Made by a program: the position numbers and the translations under genes. Of a stretch of 64,000 nt of DNA, positions 20,929 to 30,643 are shown in pieces (the stretch's first letter is position 1; each line of letters opens with the position of its first letter). This stretch comes from an uncultured Gammaproteobacteria bacterium (GTDB lineage: Bacteria > Patescibacteriota > Patescibacteriia > UBA11705). The DNA is taken from positions 140,679 to 204,678 of the forward strand of contig CAYPSS010000001.1 in assembly GCA_964413735.1 (NCBI GenBank), in the 5' to 3' direction. The notes beneath the pieces were generated by a model that saw nothing but the letters and a program-made list of their open reading frames with translations, was not told the origin of the DNA and ran no database searches.

Positions 20929-22272
20929 TTACTTCTTGGTTTTTTTCGTAACTCGTTTTTTGGGTTTAGCTTCTTTGGCTTTGGAGGATTCATCTTCGGT
21001 AATTGGTTCAGTTGGAGTTTCTTTGACTTCAGTATTTTCTGTGGTTTGCTCAATATTGTTTACTTCAACCGGAGTAGCCATAATTTCTTTGCCGGATTCT
21101 TGCTCACGAATATTGATTTTCCAGCCGGTTAATCGAACGGCCAGACGGACATTTTGTCCATCACGACCAATGGTTAAAGATAATTGATCAGCCGGTACGG
21201 TCACGACTGCGCTTTGGTCCGCTTCATTGATTTCCACGTTGGTAATTTTCGCCGGCATCAAAGCGTTGCCAATATATTTTTTCGGATTTTGGTCGTATTT
21301 GATAATATCAATTTTCTCACCGTTTAATTCCGCGATAATAGTTTGAATTCTGGCTCCGCGTTGTCCGATACAAGAACCGATCGGATCGATATTTTCATCA
21401 TCGGTGTGGACCGCAACTTTGGCGCGCATGCCCGGTTCACGAGCAATGTTTTTTATGGTGATTGTTCCGTTGGCGATTTCCGGGATTTCATTTTCAAATA
21501 ATCGTTCAATAAAACTGTTGCTGGCACGAGAAACAATAATTTCCGGGCCTTTTAGGGTTTGTTCTATTTTTACAATCGCCACTTTGATACGATCACCCAA
21601 ATTGTAGCGTTCATTGCGCACTTGCTCTTGCATTGGCATTAAGGCGGGGATATTTTCCACATCCACTATGACGTTGCGTCCGTCGCGTTTTTGAACAATG
21701 CCGTAAACAATGGCGCCGATTTTATCTTTGTATTTTTCAAATACAATATTACGTTCCGCTTCGCGTAACTTTTGGATGATTACTTGTTTGGCGGTTTGGG
21801 CCGCCATGCGACCAAATTCACCGGGGACTTCCAATTCTGTGCGAATAATATCTCCGATTTGATATTTTTTATCAATTTCTTGAGCAACGGATAACTCGAT
21901 TTCATTTTTCGGGTTGAACTTTCTGGTAGTTTCTTCCAGCTGTTCTTCTTCGGTGCTTTTTTCCACCATTTTGCCGGTGTTTTCCATCTCGGTTTTTCGC
22001 GCTTCGCGCATTTCCTTTAATTTTTCAATCCCGACTTTTTCTTCCTCGGTTAAATTTTCCACCACAGTTTTTTCATCAAAGACGCGTAAATCACCATTTT
22101 CAATATTATATTCCGCTACAATATTTTGATCCTTATTACCAAAGTCCTTGCGATAAGCAGCCGCTAACGCCGAATTAATGGTTTCGTAAATTGATTCTTC
22201 AGGCAAGCCTTTTTCCATGGCAATTTGCTTGATGATTTTTTTTAGTTCAGACATAGTTTTATTGCTTGACAT
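20929..22272 (-). CDS. nusA: transcription termination/antitermination factor NusA
   Basis: 447 aa; N-terminal NusA domain, S1 and two KH domains, basic C-tail. Confidence 0.9.
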   Translation of the reverse strand: MSSNKTMSELKKIIKQIAMEKGLPEESIYETINSALAAAYRKDFGNKDQNIVAEYNIENGDLRVFDEKTVVENLTEEEKVGIEKLKEMREARKTEMENTGKMVEKSTEEEQLEETTRKFNPKNEIELSVAQEIDKKYQIGDIIRTELEVPGEFGRMAAQTAKQVIIQKLREAERNIVFEKYKDKIGAIVYGIVQKRDGRNVIVDVENIPALMPMQEQVRNERYNLGDRIKVAIVKIEQTLKGPEIIVSRASNSFIERLFENEIPEIANGTITIKNIAREPGMRAKVAVHTDDENIDPIGSCIGQRGARIQTIIAELNGEKIDIIKYDQNPKKYIGNALMPAKITNVEINEADQSAVVTVPADQLSLTIGRDGQNVRLAVRLTGWKINIREQESGKEIMATPVEVNNIEQTTENTEVKETPTEPITEDESSKAKEAKPKKRVTKKTKK

Positions 22273-22541
22273 ATCAAATGAATAGATATGTCAAATGATT
22301 TAATTTAATAATTTAATTATACCTTTAAAAAGAAAATCAGTATATTATCTATACTGATGTGACTTAATTATAGCATAGATCTCAATGTTTGGCAATAGGT
22401 GGTAAAAATTGCGCCCTTGCAAAATAAATAATTTTATGTTAATGTGCATTCATAAATTTATAACTGCAAATTTGGCTTTTTGCGCTTTAGTCCAATGAAA
22501 AACCCCAAGTTTTTCACAAAATAGCTAAATTAAGCAAAATT

Positions 22542-23201
22542 ATGGAGCAACATTTTGAATTGCTGTACATTGTTTCCATGAAGTATGCGGGTGATGAACT
22601 CAATACGATTATGGGATCAGTGGCCGGTTTAATCAAGGAAAACGGTGGAACCATTACGCACGATGATGTTTTCGCCAAACAAAAATTGGCTTATCCGATA
22701 AAAGGGGTACACCAGGGTGTTTATGTGGTCGTGGAGTTTGATATTGAAACGGAAAATGTAAAAAAATTGGAAAGATTGTTGACTTTGAACAACAATATTT
22801 TGCGTTACATGTTAGTGAAAAAGAAAGTGAAAACCGCAGAAGAATTGGAACGAGAACAAAAAATTCAAGCGCGAATTTTGAAACGAAAAGAAGAAGAATT
22901 GGCCGCTTTGGATGAAGGGAAAGCCACCAAATCAATTTCATCAGAAGATAAGTTAGTTGATGTGGTGACTGATGATGCGGTAATTGAAGAAAAACAAACA
23001 GAACCAATTGTTATGGAAGAAGCGGTTGAAAAACAAACAGTGACGGAAGAAAAACCGGCGGAAGAGGTTATTGAAAAGCCGGAAGTTAAAGAAGTAGCAA
23101 CTGATTTGGAAATCAAAGAAAAGAAAGTTAAAACCAGCAAAGTCAGTTTGGAAGACTTGGACAAAAAGTTGGACCAAATTTTGACTGATGATATTTTATA
23201 A
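22542..23201 (+). CDS. rpsF: 30S ribosomal protein S6 with long E/K-rich C-terminal extension
   Basis: N-terminal 95 aa are canonical S6; about 120-aa charged tail; followed by ssb and rpsR. Confidence 0.85.
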   Translation: MEQHFELLYIVSMKYAGDELNTIMGSVAGLIKENGGTITHDDVFAKQKLAYPIKGVHQGVYVVVEFDIETENVKKLERLLTLNNNILRYMLVKKKVKTAEELEREQKIQARILKRKEEELAALDEGKATKSISSEDKLVDVVTDDAVIEEKQTEPIVMEEAVEKQTVTEEKPAEEVIEKPEVKEVATDLEIKEKKVKTSKVSLEDLDKKLDQILTDDIL

Positions 23202-23236
23202 TTCATTATTTTGTCATAATCCATTAAATTTATTTA

Positions 23237-23695
23237 GTGGAAAAAAACAAACAAATTCATATGAATTTAAACAAAGCAATGATTATTGGAAATTTGACCA
23301 GAGATCCGGAAGTTCGAACCACCCCTCAGGGTGCTTCAGTGGCTTCTTTTTCCGTGGCGACCAATATGGTGTGGAATGATGCTAACGGTCAACGACAAGA
23401 AAAGGTGGAATATCATAATGTTGTGGCTTGGAGAAAGTTAGCTGATATTTGCGCCCAATATTTACGCAAAGGCAGTAAAGTATATATTGAAGGTCGATTA
23501 CAAACTAGAGATTGGGAAGGTCAAGATGGGATCAAGCGCTATCGTACGGAAATTGTAGCGGACAACATGATTATGCTTGATCGCGCCGGTTCAACACCAG
23601 CCATGAGTTCAGACAATACCGCCGACACGGTAATTCCTTCCGCCGACAAAGATAATGGTGAGGAAGAAATAAAGATTGAAAATATTCCTTTTTAA
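23237..23695 (+). CDS. ssb: single-stranded DNA-binding protein
   Basis: 152 aa; OB-fold SSB sequence with acidic tail ending DIPF-like (ENIPF). Confidence 0.85.
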   Translation: MEKNKQIHMNLNKAMIIGNLTRDPEVRTTPQGASVASFSVATNMVWNDANGQRQEKVEYHNVVAWRKLADICAQYLRKGSKVYIEGRLQTRDWEGQDGIKRYRTEIVADNMIMLDRAGSTPAMSSDNTADTVIPSADKDNGEEEIKIENIPF

Positions 23696-23721
23696 TTTAT
23701 TAAATAGATTGTTAAATTGTT

Positions 23722-23961
23722 ATGTATAATAATAATCGTAAAAAAAAGACTGATAATAAACCTAAAGCATGTTATTTTTGTGTAAATGGTTTGAATGATG
23801 TTGATTACAAAAATGCTACCGTATTGCGAAAGTTTATTTCGTCTTATGGCAAAATTGCCCCACAACGACGCAGTGATTTGTGTGCCAAACATCAGAGAAT
23901 GACCGCCATGGCCATTAAACGCGCGCGAATTATGGCTTTACTTCCTTTTACTTCCAGATAA
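23722..23961 (+). CDS. rpsR: 30S ribosomal protein S18
   Basis: 79 aa; KxCYFC...ISSYGKI...RRSDLCAKHQR motif. Confidence 0.85.
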   Translation: MYNNNRKKKTDNKPKACYFCVNGLNDVDYKNATVLRKFISSYGKIAPQRRSDLCAKHQRMTAMAIKRARIMALLPFTSR

Positions 23962-24014
23962 AACATAAAAAAACTCATCGCTTTTCGGCGGTGAGTTTTT
24001 TTGTTTGAGAGATT

Positions 24015-25073
24015 TTATTCTTCCGGTCCGAAATCCATATCCTGGGCATTGGCTTTTTTCTTCTCAGGTTTGTCCATATCCCAGATTTTTTTTCTGATTT
24101 CTTTTAATAATTTAGGGTTAGTTTTTAAATATTCTTTGGCTACTTCCCGGCCAACACCCAATTTTTCTTCACCATAACTGTAGGAGTTACCGCTTTTGGT
24201 GATTACATCATAAGCCAGGGCGGTGTCTAAGGCATCACCGGATAATGAAATTCCTTCATTGTACATAATATCAAATTCACAAGTCTGAAATGGAGGAGCC
24301 ACTTTATTTTTGACAATTTTGGTTTTGACACGATTGCCGATAATGTTTTCGCCTTTTTTTATTTGAGCACTGCGACGCACTTCAATTCTCACTGAGGAAT
24401 AAAATTTCAAAGCATTACCGCCAGGGGTGGTCTCCGGGTTGCCAAAAAATACACCGATTTTATGTCTGATTTGATTGATAAAAATCACGGTGGTTTTTGT
24501 TTTTCCGACAATGCCGGCTAATTTTCTTAGTGCTTGACTCATTAAGCGTGCTTGCAGCCCCATATGTTGATCCCCCATTTCACCTTCAATTTCAGCTCGA
24601 GGAGTAAGAGCGGCAACTGAGTCGATGATTACTAAATCTACGGCATTTGATCTAACTAATGTTTCCACGATTTCTAAAGCTTGTTCCCCGGTATCAGGTT
24701 GTGAAATTAGCAGGTCGTTGATTTTGATACCGATTTTTTTAGCATAGTCCGGATCAAGGGCATGTTCGGCATCAACAAAGGCGGCAATGCCACCCATTTT
24801 TTGGGTTTCAGCGGCAATGTGTTGCGCAAGTGTTGTTTTCCCGGATGATTCCGGTCCGAAAATTTCAATAATTCTCCCCCTTGGGACTCCGCCCACTCCC
24901 AGCGCCAGGTCTAAGGATAAGCAGCCGGTAGGAATGGCTTCAATTTCCATGGCTTTGGCATCACCCAAGAGCATGATTGCGCCATCACCGAATTTTTCTT
25001 TAATTTGAGCCATGGCTTCTTGGGCCGCACGATTTTTCCCTCCATCATCGTTGGTTGTCTTTGTTTTGTTCAT
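24015..25073 (-). CDS. recA: recombinase RecA
   Basis: 352 aa; Walker [11 protein letters not shown]1/L2 loops, canonical RecA sequence. Confidence 0.95.
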   Translation of the reverse strand: MNKTKTTNDDGGKNRAAQEAMAQIKEKFGDGAIMLLGDAKAMEIEAIPTGCLSLDLALGVGGVPRGRIIEIFGPESSGKTTLAQHIAAETQKMGGIAAFVDAEHALDPDYAKKIGIKINDLLISQPDTGEQALEIVETLVRSNAVDLVIIDSVAALTPRAEIEGEMGDQHMGLQARLMSQALRKLAGIVGKTKTTVIFINQIRHKIGVFFGNPETTPGGNALKFYSSVRIEVRRSAQIKKGENIIGNRVKTKIVKNKVAPPFQTCEFDIMYNEGISLSGDALDTALAYDVITKSGNSYSYGEEKLGVGREVAKEYLKTNPKLLKEIRKKIWDMDKPEKKKANAQDMDFGPEE

Positions 25074-25082
25074 AATATTTAT

Positions 25083-25793
25083 TTAGGGGTTATTTTCAAT
25101 ATTTTGGGGTTCAAAAATAATTTGTTTATATATGGTAGTGATTTCCGAGTGTTTTTTCTGTGCTGTTATTTTAATAATATTTAAACCTTTTTGCAAATTA
25201 AGATCCACATTAAAGCGTCCATTGTCGTCGTAAAGCACTTGTTTAGAATTGATATATAATTCGACTTCTTTTTCCGTTACGCCATTGATTGTGATCGTTG
25301 GAATATTAACAACCACATTATTTTCCGCTGGTGTTTTAATTAACAATTCCGGAGGCAAAAAAATTTTATTAATACTGTTTACAATGTAGAATACAATAAT
25401 TAAAAATAAAATTATTATCAAGGTGTATTTAATGGTGTCGGGTTGGATTAATTTGCTGAAAATTTTGTGGCCGGTGATAGATTTTTGTTTCTTGTTTGGT
25501 GAATCGCTTTGGTGTGTTTTGAAAAAAATATTTTTTTCTTTATTAAACATGGAAATGGCCAATTGATCATTTAGATTCAGTAAACGACAATAACGTTTAA
25601 TGAAATTATTGGTATAAATTTCCGGTGGCAATTGACGATAGTCATTATTTTCAATCAGGCGTAAGTACTTGGGATTGATTTGCAATTTGGTTGCCGCTTT
25701 TTCCAGGGAAATACCTTGCTCGGCGCGTCTACTCGCTAATTTTTCTCCCAAAGTTTGAATCGCACTGATTTTCTTGTGTTTGAAAATAATCAT
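25083..25793 (-). CDS. RodZ-like cytoskeleton protein (XRE-type HTH + single TM)
   Basis: 236 aa; N-terminal HTH LGEKLASRRAEQGISLEKAATKLQINPKYLRLIENND...YTNNFIKRYCRLLNL, then TM. Confidence 0.6.
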   Translation of the reverse strand: MIIFKHKKISAIQTLGEKLASRRAEQGISLEKAATKLQINPKYLRLIENNDYRQLPPEIYTNNFIKRYCRLLNLNDQLAISMFNKEKNIFFKTHQSDSPNKKQKSITGHKIFSKLIQPDTIKYTLIIILFLIIVFYIVNSINKIFLPPELLIKTPAENNVVVNIPTITINGVTEKEVELYINSKQVLYDDNGRFNVDLNLQKGLNIIKITAQKKHSEITTIYKQIIFEPQNIENNP

Positions 25794-25803
25794 GACAAGC
25801 TAT

Positions 25804-28128
25804 TTAATTGTTTTTTTCATTGTTGGTAAAATCAGCAGAATCATCCTCAATAAAATCATTATTGTTTTCATCTGAATTTTGTGATTCATCAATATCATTG
25901 TTTTCCAAAGAGTTAATTTTATTAAAAACACTGGGAGTTGGTTGGTCGTCAATATCGGCGGCGGAAATCAAAACATCACGGGGTCGAGCACCATCGGCCG
26001 GGCCAACAATTCCGCGCTCTTCCAGCAGATCAATTAATCGAGCGGCTCTGGCATAACCGACACGCAGGCGACGTTGCAATAATGAGGCGGAAGCCTTCCC
26101 AGCCTGGATAACTACATTTTTCGCTTCATCAAGCAGACTGTCATCATCGTCACTATCGGAAAAATCAAAACTTGATTTACCTGATTGTTTTTCGGTGATT
26201 GAATCATCATATTCCGGATCACCGCCGGCTTGGCGCAAAAAGTTAGTAACGCGTTTGATTTCTTCATCACTGACATAACAACCTTGTAAACGGCGTGGTT
26301 TGGAAAGTTCCGCCGTTAAGTAAAGCATATCGCCCTTACCGATTAATTTATCGGCCCCAACCGTATCTAAAATAGTGCGAGAGTCCATTTGCGATGCCAC
26401 ACTGAAAGCCACTCGTCCGGGAATATTGGCTTTGATTAAACCGGTGATAATATCAACTGAAGGTCGTTGTGTAGCCACAATTAAGTGAATTCCGATTGCG
26501 CGAGCCATTTGAGTTAAGCGAATAATACAGGCTTCTACCTCAGCGGATGCCGCCGCCATAATATCGGCGAGTTCATCAATAATAATAACAATGTAAGGCA
26601 TTTTATCTTCCGTATCTTGATTATAAGATTCGATATTTCGTTTATTGGCTTTTGATAAAACATCAAACCGATGATCCATTTCATGAATCGCCCACCGTAA
26701 AGCATTGATGGTTTTTGTCACATCGGTAATTACCGGTGCCAATAAATGGGGGATTCCATTGTAAACGGTAAATTCCACGCGTTTGGGGTCAACCAAGATT
26801 AAGCGTAAAGTATCTGGGTTGTTTTGATAAAGCAGACTTAAAATAATTGAGTTTAAGCAGACGCTCTTACCTGAACCGGTGGCACCGGCTACTAATAAGT
26901 GCGGTAAGCTGGGAAGGTTAATGGCCCAACATTTTCCGGAAACATCTTTTCCCAGCGCAATTGCCAAACTTGATTTCGTGGTCTTGAATGATTCTGATTC
27001 AATTACGCTTCGCAATGGCACCATAGCCGGTTGATGATTTGGCACTTCTATCCCCACTAGAGATTTACCGGGAATAGGAGCCTCAATTCTGATTGGATGA
27101 GCGGCCAGAGAAAGAGCCAAATCATTATTCAGTGAAGTAATACGAGACAACTTAATCCCATCAGCCGGTTTGAAAGAATATTGCGTGACTGTTGGTCCGA
27201 CATTAACATCGGACATTTCAATATCAATACCAAAATTGTGTAAAGTGGAAACAATTCTTTGGGTGGCAAGATCAATATCGCCGCTTAATGGTTTGGTTGA
27301 TTTATTATTTAATAAGGCGAGGGGCAAGTCGATTTTTAATTTTTTATATTTTGAAACAGGAATAATTTCCGGTTCAGATGTTTCTTTGGCTTGATTAAAA
27401 GTACTTGATTTTTCTTGTCCTGAGGCACTTAATGGAGGAGCTGTTTGTTTTTTATCCGCCTCAGCTAAGATTTTTTTTGTTTCTTCGTCTAATTCGTCTT
27501 CTTCATCATTACTGTCTTCATCAATCTTGTTATTTGATAAAGAGCGTCGTTTAAATGGGTTTAAAATATTATGCTCACTTTGATTAAAATTTATTTTTTT
27601 CAAAATGTTAAATAATGGATTATTGAAAATAATAATCAGTGAAATTATGGTAATACCGATTAAAATAACTAAGGAAGCCCAAAAGTCCAAATATAAACGT
27701 AATGGATAACTCAGGGCTACACCTGATAATCCGCCACCGATTCCTTCGAGAGCGAGGGGCAAAGAATAAAGAAAATATTTTCGGGTTATAATTAAATGAA
27801 TTGTGCCGTTTAATCCCAAAAATAAAATTATAATTCCCAAGTAATTAACCCAAGTAAGTGATTGTTTGTCAGGTTTAATTAGGGAGTAAATAATATAAAG
27901 CAAGGCTAGGGGAAATAAATATTTCAATAAGCCAAACATAATTTCCAGCCCCGAATTAATTTGTTGCCCAATTACTCCGGCTAAGGAAAAAAAACTTAAA
28001 ATACTGATTAATGAAACAATGATTAATAAAATAATTATTATTCCTTTTTTTGCTTCTGCAGATAGTACGTGGTATTTTTCAATAATTTGGTTTTGATGCG
28101 CTTTTTTGTTTCGGCCTGATCTGCCCAT
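25804..28128 (-). CDS. ftsK: DNA translocase FtsK/SpoIIIE
   Basis: 774 aa; N-terminal TMs, Walker A GATGSGKS, gamma winged-helix LLQRRLRVGYARAARLIDLLEERGIV, acidic C-tail. Confidence 0.9.
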   Translation of the reverse strand: MGRSGRNKKAHQNQIIEKYHVLSAEAKKGIIIILLIIVSLISILSFFSLAGVIGQQINSGLEIMFGLLKYLFPLALLYIIYSLIKPDKQSLTWVNYLGIIILFLGLNGTIHLIITRKYFLYSLPLALEGIGGGLSGVALSYPLRLYLDFWASLVILIGITIISLIIIFNNPLFNILKKINFNQSEHNILNPFKRRSLSNNKIDEDSNDEEDELDEETKKILAEADKKQTAPPLSASGQEKSSTFNQAKETSEPEIIPVSKYKKLKIDLPLALLNNKSTKPLSGDIDLATQRIVSTLHNFGIDIEMSDVNVGPTVTQYSFKPADGIKLSRITSLNNDLALSLAAHPIRIEAPIPGKSLVGIEVPNHQPAMVPLRSVIESESFKTTKSSLAIALGKDVSGKCWAINLPSLPHLLVAGATGSGKSVCLNSIILSLLYQNNPDTLRLILVDPKRVEFTVYNGIPHLLAPVITDVTKTINALRWAIHEMDHRFDVLSKANKRNIESYNQDTEDKMPYIVIIIDELADIMAAASAEVEACIIRLTQMARAIGIHLIVATQRPSVDIITGLIKANIPGRVAFSVASQMDSRTILDTVGADKLIGKGDMLYLTAELSKPRRLQGCYVSDEEIKRVTNFLRQAGGDPEYDDSITEKQSGKSSFDFSDSDDDDSLLDEAKNVVIQAGKASASLLQRRLRVGYARAARLIDLLEERGIVGPADGARPRDVLISAADIDDQPTPSVFNKINSLENNDIDESQNSDENNNDFIEDDSADFTNNEKNN

Positions 28129-28194
28129 ATTTATTTTGATTTTAATATTAAGACTATCTGTATTTTAGCATAATTATGATATTTGTTAAAGTTT

Positions 28195-28600
28195 TGAAAT
28201 AATTAAAAAGAGGTGTCACCCACTTGGGATGACCCCCTTTACGCGAGAAAGTTTCCTTTCTCATAGGAGCAGACAAAGTATTCCCTAGTTAAAGAACTAA
28301 GAAATAGAGGAGAGAGAATCTTGTCTACTCTTATGAGTCAACAAACAGTCGCATTAATGAAGAGGAGTGTCGCCAGGGTCTAATTATATATAAAAAAATT
28401 TGTACCCTGCGCTCCCCCCCACATTAATACGACCATCGAGTTAGTCTTCACAGTGAAGCAGAGGATAACCATGAGATTGATGATAGGCGAATAAATAAGA
28501 ATTTAGGCCTGAAAATCTCAATTATTATTCCTTTTGACCAATTCCGGTCGCAAAACCTAGAAGTAGTCAGAAAGACTCTCTCCTCTACATCACTTTGAAG
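28195..28600. ncRNA. candidate large structured RNA of unknown class in ORF-free GC-enriched island between ftsK and clpP
   Basis: nested helices ctcataggag/ctcttatgag (28260-28269 with 28328-28337) and cagacaa/ttgtct; long-range 11-bp pairing agaggagagag (28306-28316) with ctctctcctct (28576-28586); no ORF over 60 aa in 700 bp. Confidence 0.35.
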
Positions 28601-28780
28601 ACTAAATGGTAGTATGTTTAATGAACGTAATTGAACATTATAGCATAATTAAATAAATTTGTCAATAGTAATAAACAATATATAATGTTTTTTTGCTAAA
28701 ATTAGGTTAAATTAAGTGTAATTAATTATTGACAATAATAGAAATCAATTGTTTTGTTTTGGATATTTACTAATTGATAA

Positions 28781-28810
28781 GTTGAATTTTCGATGGGATA
28801 TGATATAATA
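28781..28810 (+). promoter_or_regulatory. sigma70-type promoter for clpP (TTGAAT-N16-TATAAT)
   Basis: ttgaattttcgatgggatatgatataat about 30 nt upstream of clpP start. Confidence 0.5.
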
Positions 28811-28837
28811 TAAAAACTTATAATTAATCATAAAAAT

Positions 28838-29419
28838 ATGAATTTAGTACCAACGGTTATTGAAAAAACCAGTTATGGTGAACGCGCTTATGATATTTAT
28901 TCTCGTTTATTAAAGGAAAGAATCATTTTCTTGGGAACGGCCATTGATGATGTGGTGGCTAATTCGGTGATTGCTCAACTCTTGTTTTTGGAAAGTGAAG
29001 ACCCGAAAAAAGATATTAAAATTTATTTGAATACTCCTGGTGGGCAAGTGAGCGCTGGATTGGCGATTTATGATACTATGCAATATATTAAACCGGATGT
29101 TCAAACCATTTGCATTGGATTGGCCGCCAGTATGGGGTCGGTTCTTTTAGCCGCCGGAGCCAAGGGGAAAAGATTTGCTTTGCCAAACGCGGAAGTGATG
29201 ATTCATCAAGTAATGGGTGGAGCGCAGGGTCAAGCTTCTGATGTGAAGATTGCGGCTGAGCATATTCTCAGTATTAAGGATCGTTTGAATAAAATTATCG
29301 CTATGCATACTAATCAGCCAGTAGCCAAGGTGGAAAAAGATTCTGATCGAGATTATTTCATGAGCGCTGATGAAGCTAAAAAATACGGAATTATTGATAA
29401 AATTATTAGTAACAAATAA
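28838..29419 (+). CDS. clpP: ATP-dependent Clp protease proteolytic subunit ClpP
   Basis: 193 aa; catalytic Ser in GLAASMGS, His in MIHQV, Asp in D-R-D. Confidence 0.9.
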   Translation: MNLVPTVIEKTSYGERAYDIYSRLLKERIIFLGTAIDDVVANSVIAQLLFLESEDPKKDIKIYLNTPGGQVSAGLAIYDTMQYIKPDVQTICIGLAASMGSVLLAAGAKGKRFALPNAEVMIHQVMGGAQGQASDVKIAAEHILSIKDRLNKIIAMHTNQPVAKVEKDSDRDYFMSADEAKKYGIIDKIISNK

Positions 29420-29614
29420 TTAGAAAAAATCCCAGTTTATGGGATTTTTTGTTTGTGGACAAAAGGGGGATAAAACCTGAATACTTTTTCTTTCCCTTAC
29501 CTATGGTTTAAATGTTATAATAATTAAAAGTAATGGCGGAATTATAACGATTTTCGTAAAATTAGCTAAAATTAATCTATTGACAAGAAAAATAATACAT
29601 GATAAGATGAGTCG

Positions 29615-29746
29615 TTGACTAAAGGCCGATTTTCAACGGCAGACACGACAAGCATGGGATTTTTACTTCAGGTTAAATCAGGCTCCGGCTCGATTTCGCC
29701 TTGGTAAAAATTTCTTGTCTGCCATTGAAAGTGGGTCTTTTTTATT
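29615..29746 (+). ncRNA. candidate small RNA or structured leader between TTGACA-N17-TAAGAT promoter (29580-29608) and a T-tract
   Basis: hairpins cgttga/tcaacg and ggcagaca...tgtctgcc (8 bp enclosing about 75 nt), then gtgggtctttttt; a second consensus promoter follows at about 29766. Confidence 0.3.
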
Positions 29747-29825
29747 TATAAAAATATTTCTATCTTGACAAATACCTGGGTTTTTCCTAAGATCAAAATC
29801 AGTTCTTTTACAAAGAGGAGTTTGT

Positions 29826-30566
29826 ATGGTTAACGGTGATATGGAACAGAATGCCAAGAAGGGTAAAAGGTTAATTACGCTTTTTAATTTAATGTACTAT
29901 ATTAATTTTTTGGTTAAATGTTTTTCCGGCGCCATGATAATTACAATTCCTTACCTTCTGTCGTTATCTATAAATGTGCCGAATTGGTTGATTGTTTTGT
30001 TTGTTTTTTCAATTACATATATAATTAGTTATAAAATCTACTTCTCATCAGTCAAGGTGTTGTGGTTTATTTATAATGAGAAATCAAATTATGTTGGGAT
30101 CTATCATAAAAATAGATCAAGAAAATGTTGGGAGTTGGTGAGTTTTAATCAATTAGCGGGTTTTTTTATTCGATCAGAAGTAATGCATATTCCATCTGAT
30201 TTTGACGTTATTCGTGATATTGACTGTACTATTAATGAAGCACTGAAGCCACAAATTACCATTACCTTTGAAGCAAAAGATAAAAAGCAATTTATTAAAA
30301 ATCTTGTTAACCGTGATTTTCATGAAATTCCTGATTTAATTGAAAAAATAGAAAGTGATTTAGAGGGACAGGTTGATGCCTTTTTGCAGTTCTTTACCTA
30401 TGAAATTTTTACTACTATTGAAGATTTTGAGCATCAATTGAGAGCCCTCTTAGTTGAACATAAAGATGAATTGGATTCTCCTGATTTCAGTGTCACGAAA
30501 ATTGAAGTTGATTATGATTGTAATCTGCAAACCGTAATTGTGCAGGCTGATCTGTCCCCACAATAA
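29826..30566 (+). CDS. hypothetical membrane protein (two TMs + about 150-aa cytoplasmic domain)
   Basis: 246-aa ORF with own promoter cttgacaaatacctgggtttttcctaagat and terminator tcccataattttgggag. Confidence 0.5.
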   Translation: MVNGDMEQNAKKGKRLITLFNLMYYINFLVKCFSGAMIITIPYLLSLSINVPNWLIVLFVFSITYIISYKIYFSSVKVLWFIYNEKSNYVGIYHKNRSRKCWELVSFNQLAGFFIRSEVMHIPSDFDVIRDIDCTINEALKPQITITFEAKDKKQFIKNLVNRDFHEIPDLIEKIESDLEGQVDAFLQFFTYEIFTTIEDFEHQLRALLVEHKDELDSPDFSVTKIEVDYDCNLQTVIVQADLSPQ

Positions 30567-30643
30567 AGCTATTTGTTAACTCCCAAAATTATGGGAGTTT
30601 TTTGTTATTCTAAAAACAGCGTATCAACGCTGTTTTTATTCTA

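Noticed and set aside
28195-28600. Assignment of the ftsK-clpP island as tmRNA or RNase P RNA
   Set aside because: No GGAUUCGAC 5' element, no T-arm/CCA 3' end, no tag-peptide-like reading frame, and only a weak partial P4/P5-like string. The class is left open.
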